Shown here: one piece after another, positions 11,081 through 23,366 of the stretch
Numbering within the stretch: position 1 is the stretch's first letter
How the letters are laid out: every line of letters begins with the position of its first letter
From: Thalia democratica
Lineage: Eukaryota
DNA: 64,000 bases
Assembly (NCBI GenBank): GCA_965202585.1
Contig: OZ241826.1
Coordinates: 18,786,001 to 18,850,000 of the forward strand
Direction of reading: 5' to 3'
Translations under genes and position numbers: made by a program
The notes under the pieces: model-generated
Database searches by the model: none
Seen by the model: only the letters and a program-made list of their open reading frames with translations
Told to the model about the DNA's origin: nothing

Positions 11081-11896
11081 ATGAATTGTAGTCATTTATC
11101 TATCTTGTACCAAAATAGACATTGCTCACAAGAAGCCGATGATGTTGTGTTCAAGTTCATTTTTGATAGAAACAGCATTCAATGTAATCAATGTACCTTC
11201 TTAAATGTAAAGAAATCTACGATACTTGTACCAGAAAACAATCATAATAGTTCTAATGACCAGTTGTTCATCGATACTGATTTATTTGGATACTTGTCTT
11301 CACAAGGTAAAGTTTTAGAAAACTCTTCCCATAACTTTTCAGGCATTTGTGGATGGAGTAATATTTGTCTTTTCATGAAAGAACTATATGTGTTCAATGA
11401 TTATGGTAGGATGTGTCATAAATACAATTTCAAATTAAAAAAATGGTATGATATAGCAAGAATGAACAAAAGTAGATTTTTTGGATCTTGCACAATATTT
11501 GAAGGCAAAATTATTGTTAGTGGAGGACTTAAAATCTTCAGTGGGGTTCCTAATCCAATAAAGTCAGTAGAAGCATATGACCATCATGAAAACAAATGGA
11601 ATGTTTTATCTGATATGGTTGAAAAAAGAGTTTATCATTCTCTAGTAAGCATTGGCAACAAAATGTTTGTAACTGATATAGGACATAATAGTACCTGGGA
11701 GGTTTTTGACAGTATAACAAGAGAGTTTATCTTAATTCGATCGGAAATTGAGATTGACAAACTTGCTATTAGTAAGTATAGTGGTTGTTGTTTTGGAAAC
11801 AAAGCTGTATTATTAAATGTCTTTTCAGACAACACTTATCAGTTTATTTTCTATGATACAAAGAATGAAGAATTCAGTTCAAAGCTTTATTTATAA
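11081..11896 (+). CDS. Degenerate Kelch-repeat protein, BTB-less, subfamily B copy 1 (271 aa)
   Basis: Intact ORF with LYQNRHCSQE N-terminal motif, SCTIFEGKIIVSGG, KSVEAYDHHENKW, HSLVSIGNKMFV and WEVFD. AATAAA at ~11984 in a 3' flank shared with paralogs. Confidence 0.88.
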   Translation: MNCSHLSILYQNRHCSQEADDVVFKFIFDRNSIQCNQCTFLNVKKSTILVPENNHNSSNDQLFIDTDLFGYLSSQGKVLENSSHNFSGICGWSNICLFMKELYVFNDYGRMCHKYNFKLKKWYDIARMNKSRFFGSCTIFEGKIIVSGGLKIFSGVPNPIKSVEAYDHHENKWNVLSDMVEKRVYHSLVSIGNKMFVTDIGHNSTWEVFDSITREFILIRSEIEIDKLAISKYSGCCFGNKAVLLNVFSDNTYQFIFYDTKNEEFSSKLYL

Positions 11897-13169
11897 CTAT
11901 GACAAACTGTTGAGTGAATATTTGTTAACTGATTGTTCACTGTGTTTTTGAACTTGTTTCATTGTGCTTTGGCTATGTTTGTTAATAAATTTTTACTTCG
12001 TTCTTTGTTTTTTAAACAAAAGTAATGCATTAGAATCGAAATAAAAGACTTTTACGAAACTTAAAATGTAAAAGTAAATTAAAAACACATAAAGTAACTT
12101 TTTTATCAAAGTGATAATAAATAAAGCATACTAAAAGTATTGTATATAAAACGAATTCGTTACAAACAACGTTTTAACTTAGATCCTTAGTTGAAGTTGT
12201 ATTCTATTTGAACAAAAACTAGTTGTAAATATTTTTTTTTGGAAATAAAGTTTTTGATATAAAGATATGTTGTTGGACGCAAGTATAAAACTTAACTGTT
12301 ACGCTACACATAATAAATATATCGTAAATAAATGTTGTTAATTATAATTATATAGAAAGGTTTAAAGTTAAGTTTTAAGCTATTTTAGACATGTGTTTTT
12401 AGACACTAAGTTCTATGTGCCTTTTACGTTTATTTATGCAGATATTTCGTAAACTTAGTAGTATTGTTTTGTATAGTGTGGTCCTACGTCCCTTTAATAG
12501 GTAAACCAATATAATAAGTGCTTGGATCTATAGCATTACAATGCTATGTGACTATTTTAAAGAACAGAGAATTTGAAAAAAAAACATTTCTTTTACACAA
12601 CTACTTTAGTAAAACAGTTTTTTTGAATTCTGATCAGTCATAACTTTAGAAAAAAATGGTTATATATAACGTAGTTAGGTTTTTACAAGTTATAAATAAT
12701 GTTATAAGTAAAAAATCAGATTTTTTTAATGTTTATTAAAGTTGTACTTTGTTTTTTATTTTAAATGAAACTAAACGTTGGATTCAATCAAAATGTGTCA
12801 GAAATTAATACTATCATTCAAAAAAATCATTCTGGTTTGTTGGTTCAAAAAAAATATTTTCATGTTTCAATATAACATTTTACCTTATTGTATTTAGCAC
12901 TTTATGTTGACCATTTTTTATACTTGTACTGTTTTAATTTGAATGTAAATTGATTAATACTATTTTTTTAAGAGGCTAAATGTAAAATAACCAAATACAT
13001 TTTATTGTAATTTTTAATATAATTAAAATACAACAGTAGTAATAAATGCTAAAATGTATGTACATTTTAAGTTTTGTTATTTAACAATATCTTTTTTACT
13101 CGACGTAAGGTCGTTAAAACTTGGTTTTCATTAATGGTGCAGAAATTGCTAAAATAAAAACTTTTTATA

Positions 13170-14445
13170 TTGTAATGAAGACTGCAATAAAAATATTATA
13201 GTAAATAGCTTTTATAAAACTATTCTTTTGTTAACTGTTTAGAATGACAATTTTATTTTGTAATTTATTACGAATAAACTAGATAACACGGTACAGTTGC
13301 GTCGAATTTTTGTTGGATATCTAAAACTCTTTAACTACATTTGTTGTGAGGATAGTAGATTTGCTAATTGTTAAACAAAATATAACGATTATTGAGATAG
13401 TTAGTTTTTATACTGAATTTAAAAAAAAAACCGTCTAATACAACCTAAAAATTATGTCTGAAGCTGCATAAACAAAACCTCAATGTTTGAATAACGAGTT
13501 CATAAAACATTAGCAGAAAAGATTTGAATGGGCAAATCAATAAGAACACAAAAAAAACTTTATATTTTATAACAAACAGTTATTTACAATAAATAATATA
13601 AATTCAGTTGTATTTTTAAAATTTAAGATACAAATCATTAAAAACAATAAACCAGTACCCAGTAAACTACTAGTAACTGACTTTATACTTATAATATATT
13701 TATATTTGTGTTAAAAAAAAATATTTTCTATGCTACAATTGCGCATTTTTTCTAGTCAGCGTAAAAAGATTAGTGATAGAACTTGATTAATTTTTGTCTT
13801 ACTAGGTCATGTAGTTTTAGAAACTTGTACTATAAAACTTTACAAAAACTCTTTTAATTTCAATTTGCAATGTAGTTATCATTAAAAAAGCAATACTTTA
13901 AGCTAAAGTAAAATTAAACAACAGTTCTTTGTTTTTACAACAGAAACAAATTTTAACGTTGGCTATTTCTTATTATTATAGTAAACACTTAATGGGCCAG
14001 ATATTTTTGTTAGCGGGCCAAATCTGGCTCTCTGGCCGTTAGCTGCACACTCCTACATTACACAGTTAACTATAAATTTTTTAAAATGTGTAAACAAAAT
14101 AAAAGTATCCTTGTACTATTTTTATACTAATTTATTTAATTAATTTCTAAACATGCTGAAGGTCGTAGAAATAAGTAAAATACTGTCATAATAATTGTTT
14201 TTAGACAGTAGGAATAAATATATAAATTACGATTAGTTTTTGAATGTAATTGATATAATAATTTAGCTTTAATTTATTTTAGTACGAAAAGTTTATTTTA
14301 AGTTATAACAAGTTTATTTCGTATTAAAGTTACTTTAATACGGACTTAAAACATCAACCTAGGTAAGTATAGTATTCAAATCATAACCTTTTTTTTTAAT
14401 AGTCTTAATCATAATTCCTTTCCTGATAGTTTTTAACATGAATAT
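13170..14445. repeat. Left arm of long inverted repeat (right arm ~16140-17467; third copy ~35110-36300)
   Basis: e.g. agataacacggtacagttgcgtcgaatttt (~13281) versus aaaattcgacgcaactgtaccgtgttatct (~17327); collinear over ~1.3 kb. Contains a hAT-like end (cgggccaaatctggctctctggccg...cacactcct, ~14014-14054). Confidence 0.92.
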
Positions 14446-14852
14446 ATATTCCTTAATTTTTTCTTATAACCACTGTGTTTTATTCCAAAATCAAATATAG
14501 AAATTTAATTTTTTAAATTTTAAATATAACAACTTGTCCAAATTATTTAATTCTATAAACTTTTAATTTTTCTCAGGAAAATAAATAAATTACTTGTTGT
14601 TATTATTACTTGTATAAACCTTTTAAAAAATAATGTAACTTTTTTTATCAAAATAATTAGATTAAAATACAATTCTTTATTGCAAAACCAACATTTTTAA
14701 CGAAACTACCAAGGAACTAACTGCAATATAAAATAAAGTAGTGTAATTAAAAACAACATACTTATTTAAGTATTTGTGTAGTTTTTTATTAGCTATCATC
14801 AATAATAAAATAAATTTTAGAGTTTTTGTACACTTTAATGAATTATCTAAGC

Positions 14853-15642
14853 CAGGGGTCGGCTATTTTGTGTAGTGTAGCTCACTAATAGTTTTTTTTT
14901 TCTTGTCTTTCAAATATTGAGCTATTTTTTAATGATGATATTTTAGTCAGGTATCTAACCTTGATTAACAGCAAATTTTTCACTATTTTAACTTTAATAA
15001 ATTTAAGCTGGTTCGATATAACTCAGACATTTTTTGCTTTTTAAGTTGCAACTATGAAAAAACTAATTAATTACTAATAAGTAAATTACTTAAGTATTTA
15101 ACCATTAATTATGTTAAAGATTTTGTTTTAGATTGTCTATAACACAAATAGGTATTAGTTTTAATTGATTAACTAATTACTGATTTGAACTAAAAACTGA
15201 AAACGAAAAATTTTAGACGCAAAAAGTTGTTTTAAAATGTAAATACTTTTAAAATATGAAAATATGTTTCATAGTATAAAAATGTATAAAAGTGTCCAAA
15301 AAGTGTTTTTCAAGCTCGGTTATTATAGATAGTTAGGTTGCAAGTAAAATAAAAAAAAACATTAAGTTTAGCTTATTAAGTGTTTAAAAAAGTTAGTATT
15401 TTATTTAAATTAAGTGTGTTAGTCAATGTAAATTTATTGTAATAAATATTTATAATCTAAATTTAAACTATGTGTAGCTAAAGGTCATTTATAAATATTA
15501 AAGTAATTTAATGTAAAAGTTTTCTGCAGAGTGACTAAAACTAAAACCAAAATAATATCAAAATGTCACTAAAACTGCGGTCCGCGAAGATTTTGGTAAC
15601 TTGAATTTTTGCCCGCAAGCACCAACTGCCTGCCGACCCCTG
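14853..15642. mobile_element. Non-autonomous hAT (Charlie/Buster-like) MITE, 790 bp
   Basis: Perfect 11-bp TIRs caggggtcggc / gccgacccctg; 8-bp TSD atctaagc (14845-14852) / gtctaagc (15643-15650), 7 of 8 matching. Confidence 0.9.
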
Positions 15643-15750
15643 GTCTAAGCTCAAGTATCTTTTCTGTTTGAAACTTATGTACTGAATACTATCTTAAACG
15701 TAAACAATTTCATCGTTTTTTATATCGATATTTTTATTACAGCTATATTG

Positions 15751-16135
15751 ATGAAATAAACTAGAGTCGACTTTATGTTTTGTACCGAAGTAGATATTGC
15801 TACCAAGATGTTTTATTTTGATTAAAATATATGTAATAAATAATGACTGTAGCTTTTTAAAAGTAAAGAAATATTTAAAACTAAAGTCAGGAGATATTAA
15901 GACTGATTCGAAAGACGAGTTAATAAAACTTGCCATGCATTTAATACCATATTCACAAAACACTTATAACTCTTTCATGAAAGTACAAATGTATCCCCAC
16001 TGAAACATCGGAGATATTTTTACAAAATTTTTTATGCCTTTTGAAGATAAGTAACTGCAGAAATCAGCTTTGATGAACAACTCGTCTTTACGAAAAGTCT
16101 TAATATTTCCTGATTTTAGTTTCAAAAATTTTAAA
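15751..16135. pseudogene. Rearranged type-B Kelch relic: + strand 5' fragment fused tail-to-tail with a - strand fragment
   Basis: + strand: ttattacag|ctatattgATG, then VLYRSRYCYQD and CSFLKVKK...KDEL (frameshifted, to ~15921). - strand from ~16130: FLKLKSGNIKTFRKDELFIKADFCSYLSSKG...ICTFMKEL*VFCEYG, to ~15930. Confidence 0.75.
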
Positions 16136-16139
16136 CTCA

Positions 16140-17467
16140 ATGTTCACGTTAAAAACTATCAGGAAATAAATTATGATTAAGACTATCAGAAAAAAAAAAA
16201 AAAGGCTATGATTTGAATACTATACTTACCTAGGTTGATGTTTTAAGTCCGTATTAAAGAAACTATAATACGAAATAAACTTGTTATAACTTAAAATAAA
16301 CTTTTCGTACTAAAATAAATTCAAGCTAAACTATTATATCAATTACATTCAAAAACTAATCGTAATTTATATATTTATTCCTACTGTCTAAAAACAATTA
16401 CTATGACTATATTTTATGTATTTCTACGACCTTCAGCATGTTTAGAAATTAATTATATAAGTTTGTTTAAAATAGTACAAAGATACTTTTATTTTGTCTA
16501 CACATTTTAAAAATTCTATAGTTAACTGTGTAATGTAGGAGTGTGCAGCTAACGACCAGAGAGCCAGATTTGGCCCGCCAATAAAAATATCTGGCCCATT
16601 AAGTGTTTACTATAATAATAAGAAATAGAGAATGTTAAAATTTGTTTCTGTTGTAAAAACATAGAACTGTTGTTTAATTTTACTTTAGCTTACAGTATTG
16701 CTTTTTTAATGATAACTACATTGCAAATTAAAATTAAAAGAGTTTTTGTAAAGTTTTATATTACAAGTTTCTAAAACTACATGGCCTAGTAAGACAAAAT
16801 TTAATCAAGTTCTATCGCTAAAATCTTTTTTTGGTAATCTCTTTACGCTGACTAGAAAAAATGCGCAATTGTAGCATAGAAAATATTTTTTTTTAACACA
16901 AATATAAGTATATCATAAGTATAAAGTTAGTTACTAGTAGTTTACTGGGTACTGGTTTATTGTTTTTAATTATTTGTATCATAACTAGTAAAAATACAAC
17001 TAAGTGTGTACTATTTATTGTAAAAAACTGTTTGGTATACAATCTGAAGGTTTCTTAAGTTCTACTTGATTTACCCATTAAAACTTTTTCGGCTAATGTT
17101 TCATGCACTCGTTATTCAAACATTGAGATTCTCTTTATGCAGCTTCAGACATAATCTTTAATTTGTGTTAGACAGTATTTTTATTAAACTTATTAGTTTG
17201 TATTAGAGGTTTTTTTAATTCAATATAAAAACTTACTTAGCTCAACAATCATTATGTTTTGTTTAACAATTAGCAAATTTAGTATACCCACAACAAAGTT
17301 TGTTTAAAAGTTTTAGATATCCTATAAAAATTCGACGCAACTGTACCGTGTTATCTAGTTTATTCGTAACATATTACAAAATAAATTTATCTTTCTAAAC
17401 AGTTAACAAAAGTAAAGTTTTACAAAAGCTATTTACTATTATGTTTTTATTGTAGTCTCCATTACAA
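16140..17467. repeat. Right arm of long inverted repeat
   Basis: Diverged reverse complement of 13170-14445 throughout. Confidence 0.92.
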
Positions 17468-17499
17468 AAACGTGAATGCGATCTATGATAAAACCTTTT

Positions 17500-20400
17500 T
17501 TTTTAAACTTCTCATTTAAGTTTTAACAAATAGTAAAGCAAGTGTAAATACCTTTTATTTACTTACAGTGCAAAGCTCGGTGTTTGTACTCATAGCTTAC
17601 ATTTAACTAATGCACTGTTAATAGAAAAAATGATTTCTTTGTCTTCGAATTTACTGGAAAATTACAAAAGCGAAGTTTCTTAGTTTTTCAAAAGTAACCT
17701 GATCCGCATCTGGCAAATTCTCAGCTTTTTGTAGAATTAGGATCTGGCCGGATCCGGATCTTTGTCTTGGTAAATCACTAAATATAGATAGAGAAGTGTT
17801 AAATGATTTTAACTTTAAGTAATTTGAATATAGTTTTATTGGCTTATCACACATTTTTTATTTAATACTCGAACTTAGAAAGACTGTTATTGGAAAACAA
17901 AAATTTAAATTTATTCAACGATAAATTAAGTCGTTTTTAAGTACACGTTTTTTATTTTGTTTTTAAACAAAAGTATATTTAATCCAGTGAAAGTAATAAA
18001 TTAAACCAGTTAAGATAAAATGTATATTAGTTTTTTTTAAATATTTGAAACTAGGTATTGACTCTGAAATAACTGTTTTAAATCCTTAATTATCAATGTT
18101 ATATTTAGTTTGTTTAGATGCTGCATATCGCGACCAGACCTATCTCCGGTATATTTTTAAACCAATCTTATTGTTACATTACTACTTTTTAATAAAGTTT
18201 GATTTCAGCTGCATTTTAGATTCAACATTTTTTAATGTAGTAAGTTAAACTTTGTTCATTAATTAGACTTATTAACAAGATCGAGTTAGTTATGAATTTT
18301 TTATTGTAGACTATGTTTGTTACAAATGTTTGTGTTATTCAAATATTATTTTGTATGTTTATAATATTTTTACTAATTATAAATAACTATTGATTAATTT
18401 TTTATTCCATTTGAGATGAGACTTTTATAGTGATTTCTAAACAATTAGTAGGCAAAATTTATAAGTACAAGTATTTTTTATTATTTTAGTTATGTTAAGG
18501 TTTCTATTATAAGTTGAAGTTACTACTAAATTAATCAGTGTTTATATAACACTTAAGCTTCATTATTTTATTACTTTTTACAATTATATTTAAAAAAAAT
18601 GTTTGCATCTGAACTAAATTGTTTTTTCGATACTTAAATTTTTAATTTTGTTATTTTTAAAAACAATAGAATTTTCTTACAAATAACTATAGACATTTTT
18701 AATTTGTTTTATAGAAATAAAAATAATTTCTCTGTAATGTTATGAAAAATTTATGTTTATAAAAGATATAATTTCGTTTGTTAAAAAACAGTTTTTTTTA
18801 CAAGCTTAAAAGTTTTTTAGCTAGAATTAAAATGAATTTGTCTGTTCTATCAACGCTTCTTGTTTAGCTTTTTAGAAGCTACAACCATTTTATATTCTTA
18901 TCCAAAGTAAACTTAAACAAAATGTCATCAGGAACTTTCTGATATTTCTGAATTTCATACAAAACAGAAGACTGACTAAAAGTCATTACAATAATATAAT
19001 TAACAGAAAATATATAAACAGTTAAGTATTAAGAAGTGATTAGTTTTTTATTATGATTAGTTTAGTTTACTTTAGTGATTTTTAAACTTTCTGTAGGCAA
19101 AAACTACTAAGAAAATATTTTTATTTTAATTTATTTATGTTATAGTTTTAATCGATTACCTGATAATAATAAGTCTTTGAATATATTAGAGCGTTTATTG
19201 TACAACAGATCATTTTCAAAATAAAAAAACATACGAAAAAGTAAAAAATCTAACAAAAAGAATCCATAGAAAATAAACAAATACATAGGAAATGTTATTA
19301 ACGTTTATATAACAAGGTTCTAAACAACTAAATTACTGTGCAAATTTATAAACAACTATCGAACGTAACATTTTACGTAAACAAAAGACTGAACAAAAAT
19401 TTGTAAGTCAATATATAAACACATTTATCATTTTCTGTTATGTAGCTTATACTTTGTAATATTTGATACAAGATGGGCAAATAGAGCTTTCAGTAATTTC
19501 AATTGTATTACAACAAATGTTTGACCATTTTTCTTGATCTACATCATACATGTAAATGATTGAATCTTTCAAATTATCATAAAAATGATAAAAAACAACC
19601 ATATTATTTCCAATACTAAAAGCGTCAAACCAACATCTTGTTATAGCCGGAAGTTTTAAACTAATTTTTAAGGTTAAAAACTTCCTTGAAAAACTATCAA
19701 ATAGTTCACAGCTTGCGGTACTATACCCACCAATAACAAACATTTTGTTACACATACTAACTGCAGAATGATCATGTCTTTTTTCAACCATATCAGGTAA
19801 AAACTTCCATTTGTTTTCATGATGATCATATGATTCTACTGATAATAAAATTCCATTGTCATTAAAACCACCCGTAATAACAATTTTACCTTGAAAAACT
19901 GTACAAGCAGCATTACGTCTAGCTACATACAAGTCTGCTACATCATTCCTGTTAAAACTATTCATTTCATAAAAATAACACGAACTTAGTTTTGTATCAC
20001 TACTTTCAATCCATCCTCCGATTATAAACAGCCTTCTCATGAACGAAGAAAAACAATAAAAAAACCGTTCCTTGAAATATACATAGTGGTGTTTCCAAGC
20101 TTTAGTTTTTTCAGAATAAGTTTCAACATACGTACAAGAGCTATTTAACTTTTTGTAGCGGTTTACACAATCAAGAAAAGCGTTTATTTTAGAATTTATA
20201 GTTACTACTTTCAAAAAATCATGTTGTTTCACCATTGAAGGAAACTCATAAACTTCAAAACTAGGTATTTTTATTTCTGTTACTTCATTCACAACTATAC
20301 CATTTATGTCTCTTCCTTCAAAAACTAAAATACTGAAGCCTTCTTGGTTACAATATCTATTTTCATACAAAACATTTGGTACAAAATGAGAAGTTAAAAA

Positions 20401-20750
20401 CTTGCTCTTTGATGTCATAGTGAACCTAGATAGAGTCTTGTGCTAAATAGTTGTAATTTTTTATTATTTTAAAACATAATTAAATAGCATACCAAAAAAA
20501 AAACTATGTATGTTTAGTATCATGTTAGTAATTAAGTATTCAACTTAGGAAATCACTAAATAGTAAACGAACTACTACATTAATATAACAATTTAAATTT
20601 TGTTTTTTCAAGTACATTAATTATCTGTATGGATTTTTGTACATATTTTAATGTTTGGTTTTTTAAAACCGGTAGTTATAGTTCATTACAAAAATAAACT
20701 CAAAAAAAAAAATCTTATTAGTGCTTTGATATTTTTTACACTTTGTATAT
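17500..20750. repeat. Type-A duplication unit (inverted copy ~25100-27780; direct partial copy ~3600-5760)
   Basis: Flanks are shared as well as the CDS, e.g. gcaaagctcggtgtttgtactca (17571) versus tgagtacaaacaccgagctttgc (27698), and the ggccggatcc motifs at ~17746 and ~27488. Confidence 0.9.
19447..20418 (-). CDS. Kelch-repeat protein, BTB-less, subfamily A copy 2 (323 aa)
   Basis: Intact ORF collinear with copy 1; 60 of 323 residues differ by manual count (~81% identity). Confidence 0.92.
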   Translation of the reverse strand: MTSKSKFLTSHFVPNVLYENRYCNQEGFSILVFEGRDINGIVVNEVTEIKIPSFEVYEFPSMVKQHDFLKVVTINSKINAFLDCVNRYKKLNSSCTYVETYSEKTKAWKHHYVYFKERFFYCFSSFMRRLFIIGGWIESSDTKLSSCYFYEMNSFNRNDVADLYVARRNAACTVFQGKIVITGGFNDNGILLSVESYDHHENKWKFLPDMVEKRHDHSAVSMCNKMFVIGGYSTASCELFDSFSRKFLTLKISLKLPAITRCWFDAFSIGNNMVVFYHFYDNLKDSIIYMYDVDQEKWSNICCNTIEITESSICPSCIKYYKV

Positions 20751-23366
20751 ACTTTAGTTTACTCTTAAGTTTTTCAAAGCCCTGATTACAGCTTATTGAA
20801 ACAATTTACAGTCGTAACTACTTTTTAAGCATTTACGACCTTTCTAAGCAAAAACTTCTTTAAGATGTCCTTAAATTTACTGAAATTTTTTGTTTTTAAA
20901 TTTCAAAACACTATTAATTTCTCGCAAACTTTTACAACGTTTTTAAAAGTTTATTTAATACATCTGTTATCTGTTATGGAGTGTTATCCTGTAATAAAAA
21001 TTGTGCAACTTTTTATATACTAATTATAAATGTTGTTTCAAAATATAGACCCCTTCATGTTTTGGTATTAAGCTAATAAAAATATGTTTCTAGTTATTTA
21101 TAAATATTTAAAAAATTTAACAAAATTTTTCCTTGTCTAATAATTTTTTCTTGAAAAATAAAACTACTTTTAAAATAATAAGCTCCTATGCTTACTTTGC
21201 TTATTTTATAAATTCTCAATTGGCAGAAATATAAAAGATAATCGACCCCTTATATGATATTTTTATTTTTACTAATTGATTAAACAGTTATTTCTTCATC
21301 TTCTAATTATTTATTGCCTTATAATAGCCAAATAATTCCTAAGAACGATATCACCTATTTTGTCAAATATTTTTAAATATATGTATAAATAAAAACTTTA
21401 TATGCTAGTAAAGCTCGATTTTATTAAAATACTAAACATCTGAAAAATTAATAAATCAAATAATTTAACCTATCACCGCTAACTTAAGATTACACCACCT
21501 AATGTGTATTTTATCATTTTATGTAAATTAATTAAATAATCATGTTAAAAAAAAAAATATTGTTTTAGATTGTTTAGTTTATAGCTATCAATATTGAAAT
21601 TTTAAATTATTAATCGTATTTTTAAAGAGATCATAGCAAAGCAAATTTACAGGAACAAATAATATCAAATTTTTACATTTAGTTTATTAAGTTAACATAT
21701 GCTTCTGTGCGTTAACACGTTAACATACTTCTACAAGGGTATGTAGGTAGATACTTAAGAATAAAGACAATTGTTTTTAGAAACATTGAGAAAAAATTAT
21801 CAATAGTAACCTATAAGTCATATTTACCAATATATTTCAACGTATCTGTTATATGTGAAACTTTAAAAGACTCTATGAACAAGTGGCAATAAAATTAATT
21901 AAAATAATGTTGGGTTAACCACATAAATTTCACCGTTAATGTTGTATTTTTTCCAATCCAGTTTGCTCGATTTTGATGTACTTGTATTGTGTGGTATCAT
22001 AATATTAAGAAATAACGCATGTAACATTTTGTACAGTTTATAAAACTAAATTAAAGTATTCTTTCATTTTGATTAAAATTTGAAAAATTTGACACTTTTC
22101 TGCACCGTTAATCTTAGTAGAAGAAAGTCTAAGATAACAAAAAAAATGTTATCAATAAAGAATACCGAGTAAAATACGTACTTATAATATTTGTTACATA
22201 TTACATATTAATGAAAACTACAAAATGGTTATATTCAATCAAATTATCCCAACCTTACATCTCTTAAAATAGCTATTTGTTTACTTGTTTCACATTTTAA
22301 TTATAACAATACAGGTTTATATTAAGACCCTAGCTAATAAAACTCAAGCAAGTATGCATGTTTTGTTATTCATATTAAAGATAGTCTGTCTGTTAATAAA
22401 ATATAAAACATATTACTTATGTATTTTTACTTTTAATAAACTGTTTTATAAGTTTACTTTAGACATAAAATAAGAGATTATAGAATAGAAAACTTGCAAG
22501 TTGTAACATAAAATATTATTAAGCTTAATGGTTTAAAAGTTATTGTATAAGAGGTTACGAAACAAATTAATTTTGTTGCGTTTTGTGGAATTTACTTTGT
22601 AGAAAGATCGTTGATTTCGTTAATATTTTCTTTTAAAAATAACTTTGTATATCAAATGACTTTAAAAAACACATTTTAGTTTCACAGATAATTTAGTTAC
22701 GATTGTACTTTGTTATCTACAAAAAATACTTAATTACTTTTTGTTTAGTTTATAAATTAATTTTTTAGTTGTTTGTCTCTTTTAAACTAAATCCAATTAA
22801 ACAAAAACATAAAAACAGTATTTATAATTATGTTGTTTGTAAAATGTTATTAAACATAACATTAAGTCCAAAAAAGAAAATAAGTAGCTCACTTTGAATG
22901 TAATTTATTACAAAATAACTAATACTTATTTTGTTGTTTTTTATGTTAGCTTTCTATTATAAGTTTGAGTTACTACTAAAATAATAAGCTTTTGTATAAC
23001 ACTTAAGTTCCATTATTTTATTACTTTTTACAATTATATATGAAAAAAATGTTTGCATCTGAACTAAATTATTTTTTGGATACTTAGATTTTAATTTTGT
23101 GAGTTTAGAAACAAAAACTAAATTTCTTAACTTTATTTTCATACCAAAAACTTTACACATTTTTATTTTTTTAATAGAAATCAAAGTAAATACACTCTAA
23201 TATTATAAAAAATACATGTTTATAAAAGATATAAAATCGTTTGTGTCAAAGTACTTTATGAGTATATCTATTCTTCTTTTAAATCTTTATATTTTTTTTA
23301 GCTAGCATTAAAATGAAATTTCCTTGTTCTCTTAACGATTCTTTCTTAGCTTTTTAGAAGCTACAA

